This document shows positions 56,180-64,000 of a stretch of 64,000 bases of DNA, one piece after another. The DNA is taken from positions 2,571-66,570 of the forward strand of contig DASWCW010000273.1 of the NCBI GenBank assembly GCA_036395835.1, written 5' to 3'. The position numbers and the translations under genes are program-made. The stretch comes from Xanthobacteraceae bacterium. GTDB taxonomy: Bacteria > Pseudomonadota > Alphaproteobacteria > Rhizobiales > Xanthobacteraceae. Below the pieces are notes generated by a model. It saw nothing but the letters and a program-made list of their open reading frames with translations, was not told the DNA's origin and ran no database searches. The first letter of the stretch is position 1, and each line of letters begins with the position of its first letter.

Positions 56180-56674
56180 TCAGGCGACGAGGGCGCGCAG
56201 CCGGGGATGACGTTCCACGAATTCTAGTTCCTCGATCAGGGCATCGAGCCCCCACACGTGGCCGGCGCGCTTGACCATCAGGTAAACCAGCATCACCGCA
56301 TAGACGACGTGGTAGTCCAGCAGGAAGTTGTTGGGGTTGTCGATATACGGGAAGTTCATGTGCGCGGTCCAATACAGCAGCATCAGCATGATGCCGAACG
56401 GCGCGCTCACTCGGACGAGGAGCCCGGATATCAATGACAGGCCGATCAGAAGATGGCCGTATTCGACGAAGAATGTAAGCACGGGAGCGATCGCCGGGCT
56501 GGTCAATGGCGCGTAGACGTCGTGGAACGTCTTGGTCTTGCTCAAAAACCCGACGACGAATTTATCGTCTCCAAGATGGTGGATCGCGGCGTAAAGAAAC
56601 GTCCAACCGATCGCGACCCGCAAGAAGACGATGATGGCTTGTTCGAGCCCCGTTTCCGACCGGTGCGTCGACAT
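56180..56674 (-). CDS. DoxX family membrane protein
   Basis: The ATG at 56674 follows GGAGGG. LRVAIGWTFLYAAIHHL...EYGHLLIGLSLISGLLVR is the DoxX/DoxD-like pattern. Confidence 0.78.
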   Translation of the reverse strand: MSTHRSETGLEQAIIVFLRVAIGWTFLYAAIHHLGDDKFVVGFLSKTKTFHDVYAPLTSPAIAPVLTFFVEYGHLLIGLSLISGLLVRVSAPFGIMLMLLYWTAHMNFPYIDNPNNFLLDYHVVYAVMLVYLMVKRAGHVWGLDALIEELEFVERHPRLRALVA

Positions 56675-56821
56675 GCATCCCTCCATCAAATGTCGTCCGG
56701 CCGCCGAGCGGCCGCCTGATACCACTCCACTCGCACGGCGGGTCGGGAACGACATTGATCCAGCGCAAATCGTGACGGGCGGAAATCCGATTCTGAAGTG
56801 CCCGGCCAGCGACGTTGCCGG

Positions 56822-57082
56822 CTATTCGTGATAGAGCGCCGTTGCCGGCTGCAAGCGAGCCGCGCGCCGAGCAGGGTAGAAGCCGAAAAATATGCCGATG
56901 GCGACGCTGCAGCCCGCCGCCAATGCCAGGACTTCGAGCCCGATGACGGTCGGCCAGCCGGCAAGCACGGCGACCAGTGCGGCAACCGCGGAGCCCAACG
57001 CGATGCCGATGGCGCCGCCGAGCCCGGACAGCGTCCCCGCTTCGATCATTCGTCGAAAAATTCGTTTATGGTTCGCACGCAA
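56822..57082 (-). pseudogene. 3'-terminal remnant of a MacB/FtsX-type ABC transporter permease
   Basis: (L)RANHKRIFRRMIEAGTLSGLGGAIGIALGSAVAALVAVLAGWPTVIGLEVLALAAGCSVAIGIFFGFYPARRAARLQPATALYHE corresponds to the last 85 or so residues of an FtsX domain. Nothing upstream corresponds to the rest of the permease or to an ATPase. It abuts and slightly overlaps the acyltransferase 3' end. Confidence 0.55.
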
Positions 57083-58484
57083 AATGCTGAGCGATGGCGT
57101 TGGCATAATAACGCAACAGCACCATCTCGCGCGGATTGGCCCGGTATTTTCCGTCGCTCGCTTCGACGATGCGGCGCAGCCGAAGCATGCGCAGGCCCAC
57201 CCGCACCGCATAGCCCGGATCCTGGCGCGGCACATGCACATGGGCGCCTTGCGTGCGAACCTGCTCGATCAGCGCCAGCGCTCCGGATTCGATCTCGGCC
57301 TCCGACAACTCGCGGCCATTCGCCCGCATCAGCACGCTGGCGACGAGCGAGACCGGAAGCACCGGCACGAGCTTGCCGACCTCGCGCATCAGCATTGTGC
57401 CCAGCGCCTCCACCTCGGTGAAACGTCGCTGCTCGGTCAGCTTGCGGAAGTCGAGGCCGCGCTCGCGCGTGTGGGCGCGCAGCGAAACCGGTGTCCCGAA
57501 GCTCGCCGCCGCATAGCCATTGCGATACCAGCGGCCGATCGCAGCGAGTGCGGCGGCGCGGACGACGTAACGCAGCAACGCCATCGCGCCGAGTTTCGCG
57601 TACGGCGCGCCTGCGTCCTTGGCCGCGGAAGCCGTGAGATTGCGGTCCTCGAGCACCCGGTCGTAATTGATGCCGACCGGCACGAACACCACGTCGCGTT
57701 CGCCGTCCGGGTCGAACCGCCCGACCATGTAGGAGAGCAGGCCGAACTTCGGCGGTCGTAACGCGCCGTCGCGCGAGAGCCCGCCTTCCGGGAACATCGC
57801 CTGGGTCACGCCCTCGGCGGTGGCGAGGTGCACGTAGCGGGCCAGCACCTTGCGATAGAGCGGATCGCGGGAATCGCGGCGGATGAAATAGGCGCCCATC
57901 GCGCGAATGATCGATTCCACGAGCCAGACGCGGGCCCATTCGCCGACCGCGTAGGACAAGGCCGAGCTCGCCGCCACCATATAGGTGACGAGCACGTAAT
58001 CCATGTTGGAGCGGTGATTGAGGACGAACACGACGGCGGCGTCGGGATCGACGGCGCGCAACGCTTCGTCATCCATGTAGCCGAGCCGCACGCGATAGAG
58101 CAGCGTGGACAGCAGCCGCGCGGCCTGGGTTCCGAACTTGAAATAGGCGTAGGCGCTGAAGTTCGGCACGATCTCGCGGGCGTAGGTCTCGACTCGCGCC
58201 ATCACCACGGCGCGCGGCTCGCCCGTGGCCACGGCGTGCGCCTCCGCGGCGCGCACCAGCTCCGGGTCGAACATGAGGCGGTCGATCAGGCTTTGCCGGC
58301 GCGTGAGCTTGAATGGCTGGATGCGCAGGCGCAGGCGGCTGTTGAGCTCGGCGATCGCCGCGTTGAGCCGCCGCCGCAGGAGAAAGCGCACGCTCGGGAT
58401 GAGCAGCCGATCCAGCAGCCCGACCAGCGCCAGCGCCGCAAGAATGCCGACGAGCCAAACCGGCAGTTCGATCGTAGCCGACAC
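57066..58484 (-). CDS. lysophospholipid/glycerol-3-phosphate acyltransferase family protein
   Basis: 472 aa. N-terminal TM helix, HX4D motif in VLNHRSNMDYV, and FPEGGLSRDG motif. Confidence 0.85.
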   Translation of the reverse strand: MSATIELPVWLVGILAALALVGLLDRLLIPSVRFLLRRRLNAAIAELNSRLRLRIQPFKLTRRQSLIDRLMFDPELVRAAEAHAVATGEPRAVVMARVETYAREIVPNFSAYAYFKFGTQAARLLSTLLYRVRLGYMDDEALRAVDPDAAVVFVLNHRSNMDYVLVTYMVAASSALSYAVGEWARVWLVESIIRAMGAYFIRRDSRDPLYRKVLARYVHLATAEGVTQAMFPEGGLSRDGALRPPKFGLLSYMVGRFDPDGERDVVFVPVGINYDRVLEDRNLTASAAKDAGAPYAKLGAMALLRYVVRAAALAAIGRWYRNGYAAASFGTPVSLRAHTRERGLDFRKLTEQRRFTEVEALGTMLMREVGKLVPVLPVSLVASVLMRANGRELSEAEIESGALALIEQVRTQGAHVHVPRQDPGYAVRVGLRMLRLRRIVEASDGKYRANPREMVLLRYYANAIAQHFACEP

Positions 58485-58644
58485 AACGTCCTCCCTCGGG
58501 GAAGGCTATCATGGGCCGGCTCCCGTTTGTGAGCTGGTGCGCGGGGCCCGGATCCGTCGGTTTCGAGCGCACGCACCGGGCCGGTCCGGTTGCGCCCGGG
58601 CACTCTCTCCGGCTAGCTTTGCGAGCACAATCCTGGAGACGGCC

Positions 58645-59145
58645 ATGGCATTCACGGTCAGGAGCGACAGCTTCAAAGACGGCGATTATCTCGGCATGGA
58701 CCACGTTCTCTCGGCCGATTTCGGCTTCGGCTGCGCGGGCCGCAACACGTCGCCCCACCTTGCCTGGTCGGGCGCGCCGGCCGGCACCAAGAGCTTCGCC
58801 ATCACCTGCTTCGATCCGGATGCGCCCACAGGCAGCGGATTTTGGCACTGGCTCGTCGTCAACATCCCCGCGAACGTGACGGAGCTCGCGCTCGATGCGG
58901 GAAATCCGAAATCGGGGAAATTGCCGAAAGGCGCGCTGCAGACCCGCACCGATTTCGGCGCGCCGCGTTACGGCGGCCCATGCCCGCCGGCCGGCGACCA
59001 TCCGCATCGCTATCTGTTCACGGTTTTCGCGGTCGGCACCGAAGCGCTGGCGGTGAAGCCGGACACCTCGGCTGCAGTCGTCGGCTTTCAGCTCAATTTC
59101 AACACCCTGGCCAAGGCCGCGATCATGGGGCTTTACAAGCGCTGA
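58645..59145 (+). CDS. YbhB/YbcL family Raf kinase inhibitor-like (PEBP) protein
   Basis: The ATG at 58645 gives MAFTVRSDSFKDGDYL...SPHLAWSG...FAITCFDPDAPTGSGFWHWLV...GPCPPAGDHPHRYLFTVFA, the classical PEBP motifs. Confidence 0.9.
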   Translation: MAFTVRSDSFKDGDYLGMDHVLSADFGFGCAGRNTSPHLAWSGAPAGTKSFAITCFDPDAPTGSGFWHWLVVNIPANVTELALDAGNPKSGKLPKGALQTRTDFGAPRYGGPCPPAGDHPHRYLFTVFAVGTEALAVKPDTSAAVVGFQLNFNTLAKAAIMGLYKR

Positions 59146-59214
59146 CGATCCTCACGGGCGCAACAACAAACGATCGAACACGCTCCGAGCCGACAACATG
59201 GAAGGAGAAGCCGG

Positions 59215-60663
59215 ATGTGCGCGCAAAGAACCGCCCGGGCCGTGGCCTTCGAGACGGCTCGATCGCAGCCCGCCTCGACTAGTCCGCTGATTGCCGAGGA
59301 TCTCGCGCGTTTCGTCGGCGGATTTTCGGCCGACGCCATTCCGGTCGCCGTGGTCGCGCGCGCCAAGCATCTCATCCTCGACGCGGTGGGGATTGCGCTC
59401 GCCTCGACCACCTACGATTTCGCCCGTCGAGCGATGACGGCGATCGCCGCGCTTGCCGGAACCGGGGATACCGCGGTGATCGGCATGCCGGCGCGGCTGC
59501 CGATGCGCGACGCGGCGCTCGTGAACGGCATCCTCATCCACGGGCTCGATTTCGACGATACCCACACCGGCGGCGTTATTCACGCCACTTCGAGCCTGCT
59601 CCCGACCGTGCTGGCGGTCGGCACGCGGAGCCGGGCAAGCGGACGCGAGATGCTCGCGACCTATATTCTCGGCGTCGAGGCCGCGGCGCGGCTCGGCGCC
59701 GTGGCCAAAGGCGCCTTCCACCAGGTGGGCTTTCATCCGACCGGTCTCATCGGCGCTTTCGCGTGCGCGCTTGCCGCGGGCCGGCTGATGGGGCTGACCG
59801 AACAGCAGCTGGTCATGGCGCAGGGAATCGCGCTCTCGGCAGCGGCGGGCAGCCTGGAATTTCTGGAAGACGGCGCCTGGAACAAACGCTTCCATCCCGG
59901 CTGGGCGGCAACGTCGGGAATCACGGCGGCGGCTCTGGCGCAGCACGGCTTTGTCGGCGCGCGCCGCGCCTATGAGGGTCGCTTCGGGCTCTATCCCAGT
60001 CATCTGCAGGACCATTTCGACCCCGCCAACCTCGTCCTCGCGACCGCGGAACTCGGCGAGATTTGGGAGTTGCTGCAGGTCGCGGTCAAACCCTATCGCG
60101 CCTGTCATTTCGTCCACGCCTGCATCGATGCGGCGCTCGCGCTCCGGCGCGAGCAGGGGGTCGATCCGGCTCAGGTCGACCGCATCCGCGCCCTGGTGCC
60201 GGCCGAAGTGGTCAAGACCGTATGCGAGCCCGTCGCCAACAAACGACGGCCCGCCAACAGTTACGACGCCCAGTTCTCGATTCCCTACGTCATCGCCGCG
60301 GCCCTGGTCAGGGGAAGCTTCACGCTCGACGAGCTCGAGGAGGAAGCGCTCGCAGATGCGACCATTCTCGCGCTTGCCGATCGCGTCGATTACGAGATCG
60401 ATCCGCGCTCGAGCTTCCCGCGGCATTATTGCGGCGAAGTCATCGTCACGACGCGTGCCGGCCGCACGCTGCGTCATCGCGAGCAGATCAATCGCGGCAA
60501 CGGCGAGCGCCCGCTCGCCGAGGCGGCGATCGTCGAAAAGTTTCGCAGCAACGCCGCGCGCGCCGTCTCGCCCGCGCGCGCGATGGGAATCGAGCAATTG
60601 GTGCTGGCGGTGGACGCTCTGGCCGACGCACGAGCGCTCGCCGACGGGCTGACGCTCGCCTGA
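59215..60663 (+). CDS. MmgE/PrpD family protein
   Basis: 482 aa. AKHLILDAVGIALAS, NGILIHGLDFDDTH, YRACHFVH are PrpD-family motifs. Confidence 0.9.
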   Translation: MCAQRTARAVAFETARSQPASTSPLIAEDLARFVGGFSADAIPVAVVARAKHLILDAVGIALASTTYDFARRAMTAIAALAGTGDTAVIGMPARLPMRDAALVNGILIHGLDFDDTHTGGVIHATSSLLPTVLAVGTRSRASGREMLATYILGVEAAARLGAVAKGAFHQVGFHPTGLIGAFACALAAGRLMGLTEQQLVMAQGIALSAAAGSLEFLEDGAWNKRFHPGWAATSGITAAALAQHGFVGARRAYEGRFGLYPSHLQDHFDPANLVLATAELGEIWELLQVAVKPYRACHFVHACIDAALALRREQGVDPAQVDRIRALVPAEVVKTVCEPVANKRRPANSYDAQFSIPYVIAAALVRGSFTLDELEEEALADATILALADRVDYEIDPRSSFPRHYCGEVIVTTRAGRTLRHREQINRGNGERPLAEAAIVEKFRSNAARAVSPARAMGIEQLVLAVDALADARALADGLTLA

Positions 60664-60671
60664 GCCCGGCG

Positions 60672-61835
60672 ATGGCGACGGCCGAGATGAAATCCGAAGA
60701 CCAGGAAGCCGTCATTTTCGGCAGCATCGATCGTTTCCTCGAGCGCGACGTTGCGCCCTACGTGCACAAGCTCGAGCACGATGACGAATATCCCGCCGAT
60801 ATGGTCGAGCGCATGCGCGAGCTCGGGCTGTTCGGCGCGACGATTCCGGCGGCCTATGGCGGGCTCGGGCTTTCCGCGGTGCTCTACGCCAGGATCGTCG
60901 AGCGCATCTCGCGGGTGTGGATGTCGCTCGCCGGCATTTTCAATTCGCATCTGATCATGGCGGCGGCGGTGGAGCGCTTCGGCACCGAGGCGCAGAAGCA
61001 AGAATTCCTGCCGCGGTTCGCGTCCGGCGAATTGCGCGGCGGGTTGGCGCTCACGGAGCCGGATTGCGGCACCGACCTGCAGGCGATCCGCACCGCCGCG
61101 CGGCGCGAAGGCGATCACTATGTCGTCGACGGCACCAAGACCTGGATCTCGAACGGGATCCACGGCCAGTGCTTTGCGCTGCTGGTGAAGACCGATCCTC
61201 GGGCGCAGCCGCGTCACCGCGGCATGAGCTTGTTGCTGGCCAAGAAGGCCGACGGCTTCACGGTGAGCCGCAAGCTCGAGAAGCTCGGTTACAAGGGCAT
61301 CGATACGGCCGAGCTGGTGTTCGAGGGCTATCGCGTTCCCGCCGACCGGCTGATCGGAGGCGAAGCAGGATTCGGCCTCAAGCACGCGCTCGGCGCGCTC
61401 GAGCTCGGCCGCATCAACGTCGCCGCGCGCGGCGTCGGTGTGGCGCAAGCCGCGCTCGACCAGGCGCTGGCCTATAGCCAGGTGCGCAAGACCTTCGGCA
61501 AGCCGATCTGCCAGCATCAGGCGATCCAATTGAAGCTTGCCGATATGGCGACGCAGGTCCACGCGGCGCGGTTGCTGACCGAGGATGCCGCGCGGACCTA
61601 CGACCGCGGGAGCCGCTGCGACCTGGAAGCCGGCATGGCAAAGCTGTTCGCGAGCGAAGCGGCGGTCGAGGTCGCGCTCGAAGCGATGCGCATCCACGGC
61701 GCCTATGGTTATTCCAAGGAATTCGTGGTCGAGCGGCTCTATCGCGACGCGCCGCTGCTCGTCATCGGCGAAGGCACGAACGAGCTGCAGCGGATCATCA
61801 TCGCCCGGCAGTTGATCGAGCGAAATCCCATCTGA
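60672..61835 (+). CDS. acyl-CoA dehydrogenase
   Basis: The ATG at 60672 lies 9 nt after the PrpD-family stop. GGLALTEPDCGTDL, DGTKTWISNG, and the C-terminal IGEGTNELQRIIIARQL. Confidence 0.93.
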   Translation: MATAEMKSEDQEAVIFGSIDRFLERDVAPYVHKLEHDDEYPADMVERMRELGLFGATIPAAYGGLGLSAVLYARIVERISRVWMSLAGIFNSHLIMAAAVERFGTEAQKQEFLPRFASGELRGGLALTEPDCGTDLQAIRTAARREGDHYVVDGTKTWISNGIHGQCFALLVKTDPRAQPRHRGMSLLLAKKADGFTVSRKLEKLGYKGIDTAELVFEGYRVPADRLIGGEAGFGLKHALGALELGRINVAARGVGVAQAALDQALAYSQVRKTFGKPICQHQAIQLKLADMATQVHAARLLTEDAARTYDRGSRCDLEAGMAKLFASEAAVEVALEAMRIHGAYGYSKEFVVERLYRDAPLLVIGEGTNELQRIIIARQLIERNPI

Positions 61836-61844
61836 CGCGGACAC

Positions 61845-61938
61845 GTCATGCCCGGCCTTGTGCGCACAGGGCCGGGCATCCACGAGTTAAGTCCCGTCCA
61901 TGGAAGCGTGGATGGCCGGGACGAGGCCCGGCCATGAC
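61845..61938. repeat. nested palindromic REP-like element / bidirectional terminator between convergent genes
   Basis: Hairpin 1 is ATGCCCGGCC (61848-57) pairing with GGCCGGGCAT (61870-79), around the palindromic loop TGTGCGCACA. CATCCACG (61877-84) pairs with CGTGGATG (61907-14). Hairpin 2 is ATGGCCGGG (61912-20) pairing with CCCGGCCAT (61927-35). The outer GTCATG...CATGAC ends are also complementary. Confidence 0.65.
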
Positions 61939-61955
61939 GGGAGCGGTGTCCGGTC

Positions 61956-62795
61956 TCACCGCGGGCGGTCGCCCGCGAGCGTGACGCGATGCATGACGCG
62001 CCGGAAGCCGTGGTAGTCGTTGATCGGATTGTGCTGCGTGCACCGATTGTCCCACAGCGCGACCGAGCCCACCTGCCAGCGAAAGCGGCAGGTGAATTCC
62101 GGACGCGCGATGTGCTGGAACAGATAGTGCAGGATCGGTTCGCTTTCCTCCTCGGTCATGTCCTTGAAACGCACGGTATGACCGAAGTTCACATATAGCG
62201 CCTTGCGGCGGGTCTCCGGGTGGGTGCGCACCACGGGATGTTCGGCCGCATATTGCTGCTTTGCGTCCTGCTTGGCGCCGTCGCGGACCCGATCCTCACG
62301 CGTCCGGGTGACGTCCGCCTTCGTTGAGCTGTTCACCGCGACGAGCCCGTCCAGCATGCGACGCATCCCCTCCGATAGCGTCTCGTAGGCGAGATACATG
62401 TTGGCGAACAGCGTATCGCCGCCGAACGCCGGAACTTCGCGGGCGACCAGCATGGTGGCCATCGGCGGCTGGTCGAGATAGGCCGTGTCGGAGTGCCACA
62501 GCCCGCCGAAATTCACCTTCTCGGTTTCCAGCTTGACCACCGGCGTGATCTCCGGAAATCCCTCGATGCCTCTGACGAACGGATATTCGATCACCTCGCC
62601 GAAGCGCCGGGCGAGTTTCAGGAGCCGCTCCGGCGCGAGCGTCTGGTCGCGGAAGAAGATGACCAGGTGCTCGAGCCAGGCGCGCCGGATCGCTGCGATC
62701 GTTTCGTCGTCCAGCTCGTGCGCGAGATCGATGTTGACGATCTCGGCCCCCAGGGCGCCCGCCACGGGGCGGACTTCGATGCTGTCGTTTCTCAT
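61956..62795 (-). CDS. TauD/TfdA family Fe(II)/2-oxoglutarate dioxygenase
   Basis: 279 aa. IEVRPVAGALGAEI, the HSD facial-triad context WHSDTAY, GGDTLFANM, and a C-terminal WDNRCTQH-type motif. Confidence 0.9.
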   Translation of the reverse strand: MRNDSIEVRPVAGALGAEIVNIDLAHELDDETIAAIRRAWLEHLVIFFRDQTLAPERLLKLARRFGEVIEYPFVRGIEGFPEITPVVKLETEKVNFGGLWHSDTAYLDQPPMATMLVAREVPAFGGDTLFANMYLAYETLSEGMRRMLDGLVAVNSSTKADVTRTREDRVRDGAKQDAKQQYAAEHPVVRTHPETRRKALYVNFGHTVRFKDMTEEESEPILHYLFQHIARPEFTCRFRWQVGSVALWDNRCTQHNPINDYHGFRRVMHRVTLAGDRPR

Positions 62796-62933
62796 CTGCC
62801 GTGCCTTTCACGAAATTACTCGGCGAAGCGCGCCAAAGCCTGGCGTCATCGAGCAACGCCGCGGTCCGGGATCCGCATCGAATTTGACGCCATGAGCTCG
62901 AACCATGCAAGACAGCGTGCGGGAGGCCGGTCC

Positions 62934-64000
62934 ATGCGCATCGCCGCTGGCGGGTTCATGCACGAGACCAACACGTTCGTCGCGACGCCCACGACGTGGG
63001 ACGATTTCGTGCGCGCCGGTCCATGGCCGACCGTCACCGAGGGCGAGGCGATCCGCTCGGTCTTTCGCGGTCTCAACCTCGGCATCGCGCATTTCATGCA
63101 AACGGCGGAAGTGGCCGGTCACGCGATCGTGCCGTTGGCCTGGGCCGCCGCGCAACCGGGCGGAAGGGTGGCGGACGATGCATTCGAGCGCATGGCGGGA
63201 AAGCTCACCCTGGCGCTCGAGCGGGAACGGCCGGACGCGGTCTTTCTCGAGCTCCACGGCGCCATGGTCACGCAGAGCCATGACGACGGCGAGGGCGAGC
63301 TGCTGCGCCGCGTCCGCGCGGCGCTAGGTCCTGCGACGCCGATCCTGGTCTCGCTCGATCTGCACGCCAATGTCTCGCCGCAGATGCTGGCAGGGGCGGA
63401 TTTTCTGTCGTCCTACCGCACCTATCCGCACACCGACTGGGGCGGGGCAGGCGCGCGTTGCGCCGAATGGCTCGAACGTGTGGCGTCCTGGAAGCCGCGC
63501 CCGGCCCGGGCGCTGCGGCAGTGTCCGTTCCTGGTCCCGATCACGGCGGGCTGCACCTACACCGAGCCGGCGGGCGGGCTGTACCGGCGACTGCGGGCGG
63601 TCGAGCAGCAAACCGGCGTATACCTTTCGTTGAACATGGGCTTCCCGCCGGCAGATATCCGCGACGTGGGCCCGAGCGTCACGGCGTATGGCGAGACGCA
63701 AGCCGCGGTGAACGTTGCGGCGGACGCGCTGTTCTCCGCGCTGCTCGCAGCCGAGCGCGAGTTTGCGGCGCATCGTCCTCTGCCCGCGGCCGAGGCGGTG
63801 GCGAAGGCGATCCGGATTTCGGCGTCCGCATCCCGCCCCGTGGTGTTGTCGGACACGCAGGACAATCCGGGCGCCGGCGCTCCCTCGAATACGACCGGCC
63901 TGATCGCCGAGCTGCTGCGGCAGCGGGCCGAGCGCGCCGTGGCCGGCATCATGCATGATGCGGCCGCCGCCGCGGCGGCGCACCGCGCCGGCATCGGCGG
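62934..64000 (+). CDS. M81 family metallopeptidase (MlrC-like), 3'-partial at the window edge
   Basis: Absent from the ORF track because no stop is reached. The ATG at 62934 follows GGGAGG. My translation is MRIAAGGFMHETNTFVATPTTWDDF...LELHGAMV...LVSLDLHANVS...YRTYPHTD, the canonical MlrC N-terminal pattern. The frame stays open to 64000. Confidence 0.82.
   Translation, partial: MRIAAGGFMHETNTFVATPTTWDDFVRAGPWPTVTEGEAIRSVFRGLNLGIAHFMQTAEVAGHAIVPLAWAAAQPGGRVADDAFERMAGKLTLALERERPDAVFLELHGAMVTQSHDDGEGELLRRVRAALGPATPILVSLDLHANVSPQMLAGADFLSSYRTYPHTDWGGAGARCAEWLERVASWKPRPARALRQCPFLVPITAGCTYTEPAGGLYRRLRAVEQQTGVYLSLNMGFPPADIRDVGPSVTAYGETQAAVNVAADALFSALLAAEREFAAHRPLPAAEAVAKAIRISASASRPVVLSDTQDNPGAGAPSNTTGLIAELLRQRAERAVAGIMHDAAAAAAAHRAGIG

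Overview
GC-rich chromosomal segment with strong GC3 bias and many long shadow ORFs on the antisense strand. It is most likely from a Bradyrhizobium/Rhodopseudomonas-like alphaproteobacterium; this is inferred from the protein families and REP-like palindromes, not from a search. I call about 60 protein-coding genes. I saw no rRNA, tRNA, CRISPR array, IS element, integrase or prophage genes.

Content by region:
- 0.8-41 kb: a trehalose/alpha-glucan supercluster. It comprises otsA, then glgX-treZ-treY, then glgE-treS/pep2-glgB, then malQ and a GH13 alpha-glucosidase. Envelope and stress genes are interspersed: DegP/HtrA, mscL, two L,D-transpeptidases, a class A PBP, DUF883/YqjE-like, DUF3309, DUF2188, a host-attachment protein and an orphan EcfG-like ECF sigma factor with DUF3775. 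A UdgX-type uracil-DNA glycosylase also lies here.
- 41-45 kb: a three-domain LigD translationally coupled to a secreted S10 carboxypeptidase.
- 45-64 kb: small secreted hypotheticals, an orphan response regulator, a LivKGFHM-type ABC transporter, aspartate dehydrogenase, an acyltransferase, PEBP, PrpD-family, acyl-CoA dehydrogenase, TauD, and a 3'-open MlrC-like gene.

Main hunt results:
- At least 13 exact GGAAC-N16/17-CGTT motifs, the EcfG/general-stress-response promoter consensus, sit in non-coding DNA. Twelve point into the adjacent transcription unit.
- The thirteenth has no ORF downstream. It is followed about 60 nt later by an intrinsic terminator, which defines a candidate stress-dependent small RNA of roughly 90 nt with CCUCC-type motifs.

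Everything here comes from reading the sequence and the ORF track. No searches or folding programs were run.
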